From positions 230,578,001 through 230,642,000 of the forward strand of contig OZ024743.1 of NCBI GenBank assembly GCA_964016885.1: DNA of 64,000 nt, read 5' to 3'. Both the position numbers and the translations under genes were made by a program. Positions 1 through 15,833 of the stretch are shown here, piece after piece; the first letter of the stretch is position 1; each line of letters starts with the position of its first letter. The notes under the pieces were generated by a model that was given only the letters and a program-made list of their open reading frames with translations, was not told the DNA's origin and did not search any database. This DNA comes from Eledone cirrhosa. Its lineage: Eukaryota.

Positions 1-24
1 ATATATATATATATAAATAAATAA

Positions 25-96
<72 letters not shown>

Positions 97-399
97 TCAG
101 GTTTGAGGTTCACCACTGTATAGAGCTGGTCTATTCCGTATGGTCAATCGTAATGCAATAATATAGAGAGTACTCAACGTAAGGCAGTTCAACCGTCTTT
201 GTTTTTGTAGATGGTGGTGCTATAACGGAGTTAAATATTATTATGAAATGACAGGAGGCTGGATCTATGTAAATCCTTGAAAGGTTTATTATACTATGAT
301 CATTTCAATGACCGGATTCATACGGAACCTGGTCATTGAAAGGATCATAGTATAATAAACCTTTCAAGGATTTACACAAATCCAGCCTCCTGTCATTTC

Positions 400-401
<2 letters not shown>
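97..401 (-). mobile_element. PLE-like terminal remnant with fold-back inverted repeat, between (TA)n tracts
   Basis: Arms 243-313 and 331-401 are near-perfect reverse complements with a 17-nt spacer. The left end (minus strand CCAGCTCTATACAGTGGTGAACCTCAAAC) resembles the ends of other PLE-like inserts here. Flanked by (TA)n at 1-92 and 402-490. Confidence 0.5.
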
Positions 402-491
<90 letters not shown>

Positions 492-927
492 AAACGAAAA
501 ATCAGTGATGTATCTGGACTCAATTTATTGTATGTTACAAGTGTTTCGCCAGCAGACAGCTCGAGACACGATCATTGTATTGGTCTGTCTGATTCTAGAA
601 ACTCCAGGTTTGTCGGACTCTGGCAAAAATTCCGGATCCTATTTTCTCACTGGGGTGTTAGCTTCAAAAAACATCTTCCCAGCATGTCCTGCTGTTGGCA
701 GTTGTTTTTCTACGTCATCATAAATTTTGGCCAATAGTAACAGTCAGACTGTCCATCTCGGGTGATACCTAAATATAAGTATGTATACGTAATTTCGTTT
801 CATTCTTTTCTATTTATCGCTTTCGGTGCGCCCGGCCGATTCACTCACTCGATATGCAAATTAGGCTGCTCAGCCGTTAATATGCATAAGGAAAGTATAT
901 ACTTTCAAACATCTGACAGAAAGGTAT

Positions 928-970
928 ACGATGCTGACGATAGCTAATAAGCTTGAAACTAGTACATCGT
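928..970 (+). ncRNA. Type I hammerhead ribozyme (minimal, palindromic stem III)
   Basis: ACGATG-CTGACGA-TAGCTAATAAGCTT-GAAAC-TA-GTA-CATCGT. Stem I is ACGATG/CATCGT (extendable TGACA..AGG/CCT..TGTCA), stem II is AGC/GCT, stem III is the palindrome ACTAGT, and the cleavage triplet is GUA. It lies inside an insert with a 28-bp inverted repeat (764-791/1160-1187). Confidence 0.75.
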
Positions 971-1232
971 TCCTGTGTCAGTGTTGAACAAAAGGGCGAC
1001 GGTGGTTGCCGAGCACTGTTCGGCGTAGTACGGGCTGTTTGCTTACAAACAAACCGAACATTATAATAAATGTTCGGTAAACCCATACGTACATATATAT
1101 ATGTGTGTGCATGTATGTATATATACATACTACTGTACGTCTGTACACATATATGTATGTACGTATACATACTTATATTTAGGTATCAGCCGTACTAAGA
1201 GTGAGAGATGAAATTTGGTTTCATTCTTTTCC

Positions 1233-2095
<863 letters not shown>

Positions 2096-2434
2096 CATTT
2101 CTGTTGGATTGTTTAACTAAAGTGTAGATCTGGTCATTCCAGTTAGGAGTTCATCATACGATAAGTAAAATCACTCAACATTATGCAAATCCACTATCGT
2201 AGATGAGGTTGATGCAGGAATAGTGTTAAATACTTCAATAAAAACAGTAGGTTCAATTAGAAATATTCCTTAAACGTGGCATAATATCACATACGTATTT
2301 CAATGGCAGGCGAACGTCATCATATTATGACTAAAGAGTTTTGGTGATGTCATCAGGATTTAATTACAAAGATTAAATATCCAATAACTGGAAAACGGCC
2401 AACAGAGCCAGAGGATAAAATTGATTCAGGTGCA

Positions 2435-2496
<62 letters not shown>

Positions 2497-2660
2497 ATAC
2501 ATTGACAGAGAAAGCTTTAAGCAATACTCCGACCGGCTTCTGTCTCACTCAACAAACATTAGGGTACATCTTAGTATAATCACAATTATACGTTTGGGGT
2601 GCTAACTATACGTATTTTGCGGATAGCCAGTTCTATTATATATGAGACATAATTAAAATA

Positions 2661-2700
<40 letters not shown>

Positions 2701-2762
2701 TCTCTCTCGTTCTCTTCTCTCTCTCTATTTATATATATATATACATATATATATACACATAC

Positions 2763-2812
<50 letters not shown>

Positions 2813-2815
2813 ATA

Positions 2816-2872
<57 letters not shown>

Positions 2873-3089
2873 GTATATTTTGTTTGCTCAGATCAGAGCA
2901 AACAACACGGACTCTCTATCTCAAAATTATTTTTGAAAAGCATTTAGAAATGCGCAACCGGTAAAAACTTAAAAACTTAAAACCACAACTGAATACTAAC
3001 CCATACAATCACTAATACTCTTTTATTCCTAATTAAACCATTTTTCAACTGTGAACAATTTGTCAGCATTTTCTATTCCGTTTACCAAT

Positions 3090-3121
<32 letters not shown>

Positions 3122-3142
3122 GAAAACGTACATATATAAAGG

Positions 3143-3177
<35 letters not shown>

Positions 3178-3239
3178 TAAAAGGTAAAATATCTGTAAGT
3201 TTCAAATTGCATTACTGAAAAAAGTATATATTTTTAATT

Positions 3240-3433
3240 AGGGCGGTGGATTGGCAGATTCGGAAGAGGGTCGGACGGCATGCTTTGGCGAATAGAGTTA
3301 CGGCCCTTGCCATTCTGAGTTCAAATCCGGCCGAGGTTAACTTTGCCTTTCATCCTTACGGGGTCGATAAAATAAAGTACCAGAAATACAATGGGTAATT
3401 GCTGGCCTTGTGCCAAAAGTAAAAACAATTATT
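3240..3433 (+). mobile_element. tRNA-derived SINE (Octopus-type SINE-like)
   Basis: Head GGGCGGTGGATTGGCAG (A-box-like), B-box GAGTTCAAATCC, core CTTTGCCTTTCATCCTTACGGGGTCGATAAAATAAAGTACCAG, tail GGCCTTGTGCCAAAAGTAAAAACAATTATT. At least 5 copies in the window. Confidence 0.85.
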
Positions 3434-4727
3434 AGATCTTCTACGTGTATTTCATAATTGGACGGGACAAACGTATACACCGATAATTATAAGAATTTAT
3501 ATAGAAAGAGATGGAACTATTTTTCGAGTAATCGCTCGCTCAATGTATTCAGCCAGGTATCAAATATCTATAGTCATACATACACTGTAAGAAGACACAT
3601 AGGAACTCCTCCTGATGCATAATAGTGAGAATTAGTGCTGTATTTTTTTACTAATAGAAAAAAAAACATCTGTATGTGTATGTATGTAAGTATATATGTA
3701 AGTAAATAGGAATGTCTCTATGTATTGATGAATAGTGGTGATCGTGGCGTTATGGGGGCGACAGCGTCGGTGCTTTTGAGAGAGCTGGGCTCAGATACAA
3801 AAGAGATACCAGCAAGCAACATGTATCCTACACAATTATTAACAGACTTAATAAAGAGATGGTGCTCTATATTTCCCTGCAGCCCTGAATTAACAAGTCC
3901 TTATGAAAAATACAGATATTCTGCCAATTAAGCGTATCATTATAATATGATGCGCATACAGAAATATTCACCTATGAATATGCAAGCCTGTATATATTAT
4001 ACATACACATTTAGATATTATACTATATTATGTAATATATATATATATATATATGGGGGGGGTTGTATATGTGTGCATATATGTATGTATATATGTGTAT
4101 TTATGTGTATATGTGTATATGTATATTTATATATAAGCATATATATGAACATATGTAAACGCTCACGCACACGCACTCACATATAGATGCTTATGTTTAT
4201 ATATATATATGTATATAAATATATTCATATGAATGTTTTTTGTGCTGCGTATATATGTGTGTATGTGTAACCTTAAATTTGAAAGATATAATTTAAAGAA
4301 CATAATATAACGCAAAGAATATTCAAGTGAAAAATTGAATACTTTTGGCAACAGGCAAATATATGCAAATTGAGGATAAATACTTAATATGATGGATTAT
4401 TCTGGAGGGTAATCCCGAATTAAGTGACAATAATGAGCTATGGAAACGTTACCATGGAGATTCTTTCGGTGTACATCAATATTTCGGTGTGTGTATGTAT
4501 GTGATGTTGTGTTGAGATCAATATACATAGACGCAAAAACTGAAATAAAAATACGTATACAAACAAACACGTACATGCAAACAAAAACAGACACAAACAA
4601 ACACACATACACTCACACACACATATATATATATATATAAACACATGCATATATATATATATATATATATATAAACACGCATGCATATATATATATATAC
4701 ATAAACATATATATATATATATATAAG

Positions 4728-4855
4728 GTTAACGTATGTTGATGCCCTAAGGAGAGACACTGCTCTGTTGGAGACGCAGGACATGGCACCGATAATGAGG
4801 GACAGAGAACACTGGAGAGAACTCATCCATGGATCTCTGGAATTTTACCCGCCCT

Positions 4856-4858
<3 letters not shown>
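4728..4858 (+). pseudogene. RTE-type LINE extreme 3' fragment
   Basis: Translates as LTYVDALRRDTALLETQDMAPIMRDREHWRELIHG, resembling the RTE ORF C-terminus (TY.D...D.......M.DR..WR). Embedded in (TA)n. Confidence 0.55.
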
Positions 4859-4900
<42 letters not shown>

Positions 4901-5095
4901 TGATATACACCTCAGATTCTCAAACCATTATCCATCTCTCTTCCAGTCTGTCTCATATATCACCGCAAAACTGAATGTATATTATCTATCTGTCTATCTA
5001 ACTTCCTCTTTCTCTTTCCTGACTCTCTCTATATATATCTTGTATACACATAGACACACCCATACATATATATATATGCATAAATATATAAATAT

Positions 5096-5150
<55 letters not shown>

Positions 5151-5281
5151 TTTTGTATAATTTTGTACATAGATCTGTTGAATATGCATACCAATTATAA
5201 CACATATATACCCTAGAAACGATCGTTAAATAATGAATTTTTTTGTTTAATATAAGGAATTGTTTATTCATTATTTGTTTA

Positions 5282-5331
<50 letters not shown>

Positions 5332-5356
5332 AATATATGTAGAAATATATGTAGAA

Positions 5357-5391
<35 letters not shown>

Positions 5392-6124
5392 TGTGTGTGT
5401 GTGTGTGTGTACACATGTACATATATATATTCATATGTGTGCGTCTTTCTTTCTGTGTATGTGTTACGCTGTAAGTTATCTAAGAGAATTTCATCAAATC
5501 TTCTAGTTTTATATATAAGTGTCATGTCACTCAATGTTAAAAATAGAAACGGCAGCTCTCAGCTAATGTAGTTGTAACGCTGTCAAATGTAAATATTACA
5601 GAAAATATAGGCACCATCATAAAGGTTGCCTAAAGAAAATAACTTGCTTTGAAATACTTGCCTTATCTTACCATAATGTTTATTCGAGCAGAGTCGTTTT
5701 GAAATTAAGACTTGTAAATATTCGATACAAGAAATATTCTGTGCAAAAGTGAACTGTATTTTCAGTTTAAATAATATACATATATTTTGTAAGGACATGC
5801 TGAGCATCAGTAAATAACAGATTTTCAATATGCAGTAGATGAGGACAGTCATAAATGATTTATATAGCACTGACATATGTCCCATTTAGCGAAAATTTTA
5901 AACATTCGTCTATTTCGACCTGTCTTAATATGTTTTATATTTTATTAGATAAGAAGTCAATTGCCACCACTTAATATCATTACTGTAGATCTATTGCAGA
6001 ATAAAATATAAGTATTTTATTAAACTTACACAAATATAAGGTGCATCAAATTTTGTGTTTTATTTAATTTATACACGGCTTCACTATTACGATTACGATT
6101 CAATTGCAAACATCCTCATTGGCG

Positions 6125-6230
<106 letters not shown>

Positions 6231-6271
6231 TATATATATACACACATTCTCACACACACACACACACTTAC

Positions 6272-6304
<33 letters not shown>

Positions 6305-6359
6305 AACAGACACATATACATACATACATACATACACATATATATGTGTGTGTGTGTGT

Positions 6360-6422
<63 letters not shown>

Positions 6423-6613
6423 GTGTGTGCGTACAATTATATGTATCTAAACACACATAGTTATCTTCATTAACGGTGCAGGCATACTCCCAACCATATA
6501 AATGCACGTCAACATTCTCAATCATACAGGTGTGTCTATTTGCATTCATGAGTTCGTGAGTGTTTGTGCCAGTGTATGTATGTGTGTGTAAACATATCCT
6601 CAAATGTACAAAG

Positions 6614-6672
<59 letters not shown>

Positions 6673-6794
6673 GGAGGTGAGTTTTATTGTAGTACAATAA
6701 AGCAATGCAGATATCGGATAAGAAGCACTCTACAGTTTGTAGGACTGGAGTATACATAATATAAGATCAAAAGATGGTTAAAGGAGTTCCATGT

Positions 6795-6863
6795 ATTTTA
6801 TTATGCGCATTTCAAAAACAAACATCATCATGCAATAATATTTGTGTTTTCATCAGATAAAAC
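6795..6863 (-). ncRNA. Type I hammerhead ribozyme (inverted copy of 6983-7051)
   Basis: Exact reverse complement of the plus-strand motif, within the inverted repeat. Confidence 0.8.
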
Positions 6864-6982
6864 AGGAGAACATGATATGAAGGCTAAAAAACACTTGTGG
6901 ATTTAAAACTGCACTATCCACAAGTGTTTTTTAAAACTGCACTATCCACAAGTGTTTTTTAGCCTTCATATCATGTTCTCCT

Positions 6983-7051
6983 GTTTTATCTGATGAAAAC
7001 ACAAATATTATTGCATGATGATGTTTGTTTTTGAAATGCGCATAATAAAAT
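6983..7051 (+). ncRNA. Type I hammerhead ribozyme with extended stem II
   Basis: GTTTTAT-CTGATGA-[AAACACAAATATTA..TGATGTTTGTTTTT]-GAAA-TGCGC-ATA-ATAAAAT. Stem III is the palindrome ATGCGCAT and the triplet is AUA. Confidence 0.8.
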
Positions 7052-7082
7052 ACATGGAACTCCTTTAACCATCTTTTGATCT

Positions 7083-7130
<48 letters not shown>

Positions 7131-8022
7131 GCATGTGAATTGTACAGATATGCACATTCGCACGTATATACATACATTCACATGCACACTCGATGACATG
7201 CAATGAAGCGTTGTTGAAAATCAAGGTATTATTGACCAGAATACTGTTGTGAGGTAATTCTGATGAAATTGATTCGACATATGTAGAGGATGCTAGTCAG
7301 TAGGCTGGATCAGAAGAGTGCAATTTCCATATAAATAGACGTTTTTTTTACCACAGCTTTCTAATGTATGACTAAATAATTCATCGACTCCAGCTTTCTG
7401 CAGATGAATGAAAGAAATAAGCAAAGGGAATTTAACTCTTTATGGAGCTGTAGTAAATGCTAGTTCAAGTAAATAAAGAAAAAAGGAACGAGAGAGACTG
7501 CCAGCGAAATGAGAAAGTAATGCAAAAGGAGGGCCAACCCCCAGTATTGAGCTGGTACTTTATGATCAGCGTTGTAAGGAGGAAAATCAAAGTTGTTCTC
7601 GGAGCGCTTAGAACCAGAACAAATACCACAAAGACTTTTGTCCACCGATCTAACAACTCTGCAACTCTGCCGCTTGCATTAGATCCTATCATTGTCTTAA
7701 TCATTATGAGCCAACTAAGTGGACTCTATGACGTCTCTTGAATTGCTAGTTATAGCAAGAGTATCTCTTTCAAACACACTGTATCGTAATATATATAGTT
7801 AGAATAATTTGAAACCTTCTGTTCCTAATCAATTAGCGAATTAGCAGTGTCGTCAGGGTGACGTTAGCTCTCTGCACTCTCAGTTCAAAGCAGGACATAT
7901 TCATGTTATCAACTTGACACTTGGGAGTCGACGAATAAAGTATCAGCTAATACTGATGTAGATTTTTATTCTTCCCTCTATGTCTTCTCTCACTTAGTCT
8001 TTCCTTTTCGGTTTTCGAGCTT

Positions 8023-8128
<106 letters not shown>

Positions 8129-8215
8129 GGAAAAATTTGAACAGGAACAAAACAGAGAGACAGTACAACGAATGTTTATTAATTTCACGCTCTGGAGAGT
8201 GGGGTGTTGGTGGGG

Positions 8216-8249
8216 AACGACGTTTCGGGCATAAGCCCTTCCTCAGGTG
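8216..8249 (-). ncRNA. Minimal PLE-type hammerhead motif in a pLTR remnant (~8128-8327)
   Basis: Minus strand CAC-CTGAGGA-AGGGC-TTAT-GCCC-GAAACGTC-GTT: canonical core, stem II GGGC/GCCC and GAAACGTC. Stem I is short or degenerate. Confidence 0.65.
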
Positions 8250-8327
8250 AGAAGTGTGTGGGAACAGAGTTCAAAGGGTGTGTAGGGGAGTTGTGGTGAG
8301 ACATATAGCGAAAGGAAACGGTGCGAA

Positions 8328-8578
8328 TGAAATAAAAAATAAAAAATAAAAAATAAAAAATAAAAAATAAAAAATAAAAAATAAAAAATAAAAAATAAAA
8401 AATAAAAAATAAAAAATAAAAAATAAAAAATAAAAAATAAAAAATAAAAAATAAAAAATAAAAAATAAAAAATAAAAAATAAAAAATAAAAAATAAAAAA
8501 TAAAAAATAAAAAATAAAAAATAAAAAATAAAAAATAAAAAATAAAAAATAAAAAATAAAAAATAAAAAATAAAAAAT

Positions 8579-8635
<57 letters not shown>

Positions 8636-8897
8636 AAATAAAAAATAAAAAATAAAAAATAAAAAATAAAAAATAAAAAATAAAAAATAAAAAATAAAAA
8701 ATAAAAAATAAAAAATAAAAAATAAAAAATAAAAAATAAAAAATAAAAAATAAAAAATAAAAAATAAAAAATAAAAAATAAAAAATAAAAAATAAAAAAT
8801 AAAAAATAAAAAATAAAAAATAAAAAAATAAAAAATAGAAAATAAAAAATAAAAAATAAAAAATAAAAAATAAAAATAAATATAAAAATAAAAATAA
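8328..8897 (+). repeat. (AAAAAAT)n heptanucleotide tandem repeat, ~80 units
   Basis: Direct inspection; it is the source of the spurious FFIFYFL ORFs. Confidence 0.97.
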
Positions 8898-9646
8898 AGC
8901 ATGATCAAAATACATGTATATATCTTTCTCTCTCTTTCTCTCTCTCTCCCTCTCTCTCTGGAAAAAATTGGCTGTGGTCAATCCAGGAGTGTGAAGGGTT
9001 CTGCCAGTGTTGAATGACCAATATAGGATGGCGCCTATCCAATTCCAATGACATTTAAAGAATCAATGAGCCTTAATCAGTTTTTTAATATTCCAAAAAT
9101 ACAGAGTGATGATGTTTGGATCGCTTTTGATAATTTTACTTGTTCAGCGCTGCCATGCACCTAAGCAACAGCAGCAACAACACTAACCAAACTGTTACAT
9201 TTATTTAAAATATTCCAAAACTATTTCCAAATTTAACTTTTATAATGGACCCGCCCCTTGTGTTTAAGCGTAATTAGAAAGAATACAAGATTTTGACTTT
9301 CGTGATACGACATCGTAAAACACGGAAAATAACCGATGGTTCAGATTAGAAGAAAGTCTCGCAACCTCTGGCAGAAGGATTAGCGTAAAATAAAGTTATT
9401 TTCTAAAGAATATGTTGCACCGTTTCACCCTGGAATCGAAACACGATCGTATGAACGTAAGCCATAGACACTAATTACCAGGTCACGAACCATCACATCT
9501 GTTCAATATGCGATTTACTTCAAAATGAAATATATAAGTTGCCATAACTATAAAATACCCCAGTAGAGACACAAAACACAAGCGAATTCTAAGAGTAAAT
9601 AGTTTAAAATATACTCAAGAAAATAAAATATAAACAATTCTTATTA

Positions 9647-9836
9647 AATAATTGTTTCTACTTTTGGCACAAGGCCAGCAATTATTCCAGTGCATTACTG
9701 GTACTTTATTTTATCGACCCCGTAAGGATGAAAGGCAAAGTTAACCTCGGCGGGATTTGAACTCAGATCATAAAGGGAGGTAACTCTATGCTTCAAAGCA
9801 TGGCGTCCGACCCTTACCGATACTGCCAATCCACCG
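9647..9836 (-). mobile_element. tRNA-derived SINE
   Basis: Reverse complement of the 3240-3433 family (GGATTTGAACTC B-box, CTGCCAATCCACCG head). Confidence 0.85.
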
Positions 9837-10268
9837 GGAGAGATACGCAGTGGTATACCTATAGAAAATCTTGAAGGGACTAGCACCAACCTTTGGCCTT
9901 GAGAACTGGACCAAACCCCGAAAAGGACGGCACTGTCCGGTGCCAAAGGTCCCGTCTTTCACGTCTAGAATAAGGAGCAGATATTGCAATAGCCTGGGGT
10001 TCAAAGGCCCTCAACCAAGATACCAAGAATCTTGAGGGATCTGCATGGTTTGAACGTGGATGTTTTCAAGAAAAATCCTGACAGCCTGCTATCCAGGATC
10101 CAGTATAATCCCACAGCACGGCACGTAGGTAACCTAAGGGCAGCAGCAACGAATTCCCTCTTACACGAATGGCCAGCCAACACGGGATGGATATAGAATG
10201 TGTAGCAACAAGGAAGGTACCGGGGCATGGCCCCAGGCGGCTGGCTAGAACTGGTAAAATAGTAAAGG
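9837..10268 (+). pseudogene. CR1/L2-group LINE ORF2 C-terminal fragment
   Basis: Frame-broken translation RERYAVVYL*KILKGLAP...NSLGFKGPQ...DVFKKNPDSLLSRI...RAAATNSLLHE, typical of CR1/L2-group ORF2 ends. Confidence 0.55.
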
Positions 10269-10515
10269 ATTAATATATGCACACGTATGAATATATATTA
10301 ATATCATATATTTATGATATACCTATGCATACATGGGTGTATGCAAATGAATGAATTTCATACCTATCAATCGATTGTAGTAAGGATATGTATGAATAAA
10401 TATATATATATATATATCTTACAAGCATGTATACATTAATGTGTGGGAAAATGTGTGTACTCATATATGCTTTTGCCTACACATACACACATACCATCAT
10501 ATATGCACACGCATC

Positions 10516-10599
<84 letters not shown>

Positions 10600-13259
10600 G
10601 ACATATATATATATAAATACTATAAATACATACATATAACTCTCTTTCTCTCTCGCACATATACACATACACATTTATATACATACACACAAACCCCTTA
10701 AACGTGATTTGGAATTAGGTTGTTCTTGAGAGGAAGCAAAAACAAAAATAATCCAGCACAAATAATCAAAACCTTAGAAGAACCCCACATGGATATACAT
10801 AGAAATGGTATGTGTGTCTTTCTGTTTCAACATCACTCTGCGTTTGTGTACATTTGTCTTTGTACATGCATATGTAACTGCGTCTTTGTGCCTCGTGTCT
10901 GTGTTAAATAAAGAGGCAGATAATTATTTCGCCAAATATTCTTCTATTTCAAGGGCGACACAAGCAGTAATGAATGTTACGTTAAATCCACCCATTCTTT
11001 AATATTTTCTGATCGTGTCAAGTAGTATAATTCAATTCAAAATCTTTTCCAATGGCACGCCTTACCAATCTCCGCGCAATGCGCTTGAAATTCTTCCTGT
11101 TTTCTCTTGCAGAAATAATTTGCCCGTTTGCCACTTTAGCAAGTTTCAAAATGGCCGTCATATTTTGCTTTGGAGAAACGCGTAGTCCCACGACGTTGCG
11201 ACCATTTTGTAAAGCTCTTTATTTCATTCACACTACATTTTTTAATTTCTTTTATATTTATTTTCAGTATATTTTTCTATTTTGTATTGAATATATTGTT
11301 GTTGCTGCTGTTTTTGATGTTAGGATAGCTGGATTTGTTGTTGTTGTATTTGTTGGGAATGTTATTGCCGTTGCTAGTATTGCTTCTGTGCTATTTTATA
11401 TCATTTTATTTTATCATGTATTTATTGTTATTGGCTGATGATAGCATCGTTTCTGTTTGCGAAGTTGCTATTTTTGTTTTTGTTATTGTTCTAAATTAAT
11501 TGTTATTGATGTTGCTACTACTGTTGTTGACAGCTCCTTGGATGTGGTGGGACTCCAATGTCGGTGAGAGTTCTGGTTTCGTACTCAGCTCACATCCCAC
11601 AAGGTTACATGCCATCTTTTTTGTGAAAATAGGACAATTATAGTCCTGAAAGTTGATTAAATGCTATAATAATCAAATAAAATCATTTTCCTCTTTAGAA
11701 TTGTTAGAAAAGGACTAGCACCAATATATGATATCACGGACATCGTGATGATAATGATTGTCATTTGAATCATAGTAAATATTTTCAAATCTTTTATTAA
11801 AAAGAAACTTCAATGAAAGTTTGAAATATATATATCTAAACATAGAAGCAACTCAACACTGTTAATTTCAATAGGCTCGAAGAGAAAAAGAAATAATGTG
11901 TTAGTACGTTTATACAACCATTACAAGTTTCTATGCAAAACAGAAATAGACAAGAACTGAGTACTTATCGGGTCTAAAAGCTTTCTTTACTGCCAAATTA
12001 AAACTTCTTCATGTAACATCACAGAATCAGCTTACCAAATATAACACAAAAAAACAACAATACATAAATACAGTGATTTCACAATGAAAGCATCGAATTA
12101 TCAAATGTAAGAAGAGATGTTTACTAAAAATAAACAATCTAAAAATGTGCTGTTCTGGAAAATATATATAGACAAATATTAAAGATGAAAATAATGTAAT
12201 GGAATCGATGTTACATAGGAATATAAAGACAATTCAAGTGAACATAATGGCAACATTATCTATGATAAAACACGACATCAAAACTGGCACTATCAAAACA
12301 GCATCAGAAAAAGAATGAAAATGTATAAAACTACATCAGACAATTGAATATCGTCATGTATTATAATGAAATGTATGAAAAAACAAACATTAAGGGATAC
12401 AATTCTAACACATAGAAAACAAATCACAAATCAGCAATATATCTTATATCGTAAAATAATCAAACACTAACTAATTATACTGCAATATAATATATATGCA
12501 AAGGTTATATGCCACGTAATAGAACTAAAGTAGAACATAAATACTGTGGGATATTTAAAACACAATCAAGTGTTTTTTAAAAAACTATGTACAATACTTA
12601 AGGATGAAGTATATCTCAAAGTTATGAAATAACTATAAATTCAGGAAATGCTAGAAATGAAATTGCGAAACAAAACGAAAGTGAAAAGGAGCCAAAGACT
12701 CTATATTTGAAATAAAACTAAATATCGTGTTATGTAAAGCAAATAATGATAATAATAAATATATAATAATAGAAGACTTTAGTACGAGGAAGTGTAGCAA
12801 ATACTATAAAAGTAAATATTTATCCAGTCAAATAAGTGTAAATTTCTATATTTTCAGTTTTAACATATTTTCCCAATCCTTCTATTTCTTTACGTTTTTC
12901 CTTATGCATCATATAGATATTAAAACCGAAGATACAGAACGATATCCGAAATTGCAGTAGAGGGTATAATGCCATTTAAATTATAATAAATATGAATATA
13001 AATAATTTTGAAAACAAAACAATGCATTAGAAAGAAAATTCGATTGCTAAGAAAAAAAAAACTTACGATAGCAAGTTTAATGATCCCAAGCATTTTCGGG
13101 CTTTAGTTTAGTACGTAAAAAGTTGTTTTCTGCGTATATTCTAAGATAGTTAGAGTAAACAATATATATTAGTAGATGTGTGTGTGATGGGAGGGCAGGT
13201 ATATATATATATATAACTCCCCTCCCATATATATATATATATATATATATACCTGCCCT

Positions 13260-13321
<62 letters not shown>

Positions 13322-13322
13322 C

Positions 13323-13474
<152 letters not shown>

Positions 13475-13777
13475 GTGTATATACAAGTGGTGATGGCCAG
13501 TCGCAGTTTTGAACTTGTGTAAACACGGATTGCTGGAAATGTCTTCCTTGTTGAAAATCTAAATCTCCACTTCAGTGGTTTACCACCCGATTAATTGGTG
13601 AAATATATTTCTTTAATGGAATATATACAGGGAAGATTAATCATATTATAAGGTATCTATTTTTGAAGTTCTTGTCAACTTTATTTTGTTACCTACCTAG
13701 CTATGTGTTGTTACACACTTGTAAAAATTATCTCCTGTGATTATTCATGTTTATATATATGTTAATCAATTTCTAGT

Positions 13778-13842
<65 letters not shown>

Positions 13843-13843
<1 letters not shown>

Positions 13844-14799
13844 GATAAAAAGGACGATTGATTATTCCTTCATTGCATTTATTGATAGGTGACGCGCGTT
13901 TCGCCACTAATTAGCTTAAGGTTCGATCTATATCGAACCTAGCCCACTCAATAATCCGCAGTTCGACGGACCTTCTTAAAGTGCTATAAGAAAATGAAAT
14001 ACATGCTATGTGATAAAGTCAGAGATTCAAGAGTTTGACAAAATGAGTTGTTTTGATTGGTGGGAAGGGTCAAGGCGATGTAATGGCCTGTAGTGTATAT
14101 GGGGTGGGTGTGATGGTGAGACGTTGGTGACGATGGGTGGATGAGATGGGCTGTGGTGTGTTGGTGGTTGATTAGCTTTGGCGTGTAGATTATGTGGGGA
14201 TGGATGTTATGATATGGTGGTGGTTATGGTTGCTTAGTGGGATGGGCGGTGGTATGAGGTTAGTGGGTTGTCAGTAGACGGGTTGGCGTGTGTGGTATTG
14301 GTATCGCTGTCTATGGTAGTGGCGTTTGTGGTGGTGTGGTGGTGTATTGGTGGCGTCAAGGTCATTACCTAGATACATAGCTAGACGCTCATCGTCTGAC
14401 AGATGCTTTGTATATACGTATACGAACACACATATAGGTATATATGTGCACACATATTGTTGTATAAACACACCCACCACAAAACACATACGCACATCCT
14501 TGCCCACACATATCGACACACACTCACACACAGCCATATGTATATGTACACCCATGTATGTGCGCGTGCGCATGCGGAGACGAATATGGAGAGTGGGGGG
14601 GTATCGTTGGGGGTGGCGAACGACGGAGATGGAGGGAAGGTGAGAGGCAATGTAGAAGGTGTTTTACATACATACATACACATACATATACCCACACACA
14701 CATATGGGTATGGGCATAATGGACTCACACTCACGTATACAAAATATAAACATACACACTCACACACACGTATACTCACGCACATATATACACATACAT

Positions 14800-14897
<98 letters not shown>

Positions 14898-15783
14898 GCA
14901 CACGCACATGTACAGACAACACCCAGATATACACGCACGTATACACATACATGCACATACATGAGCTCTCCTACACATATAGTCAGATTCACCCATATAC
15001 ATATATGTAGACGTGCACATATACACACATAAATACACATACATATAGACACACACATACACATACGCATAAACATACAGATACTATCGCACGTACACAC
15101 AACCACCGCCACCACTAGATACATCCAAATACCCCAACAATCTTTATCATTAACATCATCAACACATATCACCCCTCGCTCCCAGATCGGCTTATTATAT
15201 ACCCCCCACATCCCGTCTGCCTTACCCTATAACACACCGTAACCTCTGATCATGTAATCATCTTGTCGAACATATCACCCCAGCACCACCACCATCACCA
15301 TGTCCACAACACACATTGCCGTACGTCCATTCTAACCGGTATTCGATCCTATATATATATTTTTGTCCCTCACAACTCCACCACCACCACCACAAAACAC
15401 AACTCCATACTTCACCAACACCGACAACACATACCTCCACTCCCCAACCAACAATAGCGTGTGTGTCGGTGTGTAAGTATTCTTACACATACGGACGTAT
15501 GAGTGTGCGTACGTGTACGCATAGTTATATGTGTGTGTGTGTGTATGTGAACACAGGTGTATACATGTGTGCATGTGTAGGTACATATCTGTATATATAT
15601 GTGTATGTGTATGCGTATGTGTATGTGTGTGTGTCTATATGTATGTGTATGTATGTGTGCATATGTGCACGTCTGCATATATGTATATGGGTGAATCTGA
15701 CTATATGTGTAGGTGAGCTCATGTATGTACATGTATGTGTATATGTGCGTGTATATCTGTGTATATCTGTGTGTTGTCTGTAC

Positions 15784-15833
<50 letters not shown>

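Larger units (their letters stand above)
6670..7090. mobile_element. PLE pLTR-like fold-back element (147-bp perfect inverted repeat)
   Basis: Arm 6756-6902 is the reverse complement of 6944-7090. The spacer contains a ~29-nt direct duplication (TTAAAACTGCACTATCCACAAGTGTTTTT). Each arm carries an HHR. (TA)n on both sides. Confidence 0.8.

Noticed and set aside
2525-2566. Further hammerhead-like traces (also ~535-550, ~1545-1600, ~26795-26815, ~29965-30025)
   Set aside because: Core nucleotides or stems are too degenerate or incomplete to call; probably decayed pLTRs.
8243-8981. 221-aa and 236-aa FFIFYFL ORFs
   Set aside because: Translation of the (AAAAAAT)n repeat.
10719-10807. Possible host exon (AG|...ATG|GTATGT) and nearby open stretch 11040-11220
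   Set aside because: Weak acceptor, no recognisable protein similarity and no partner exons; needs RNA-seq.
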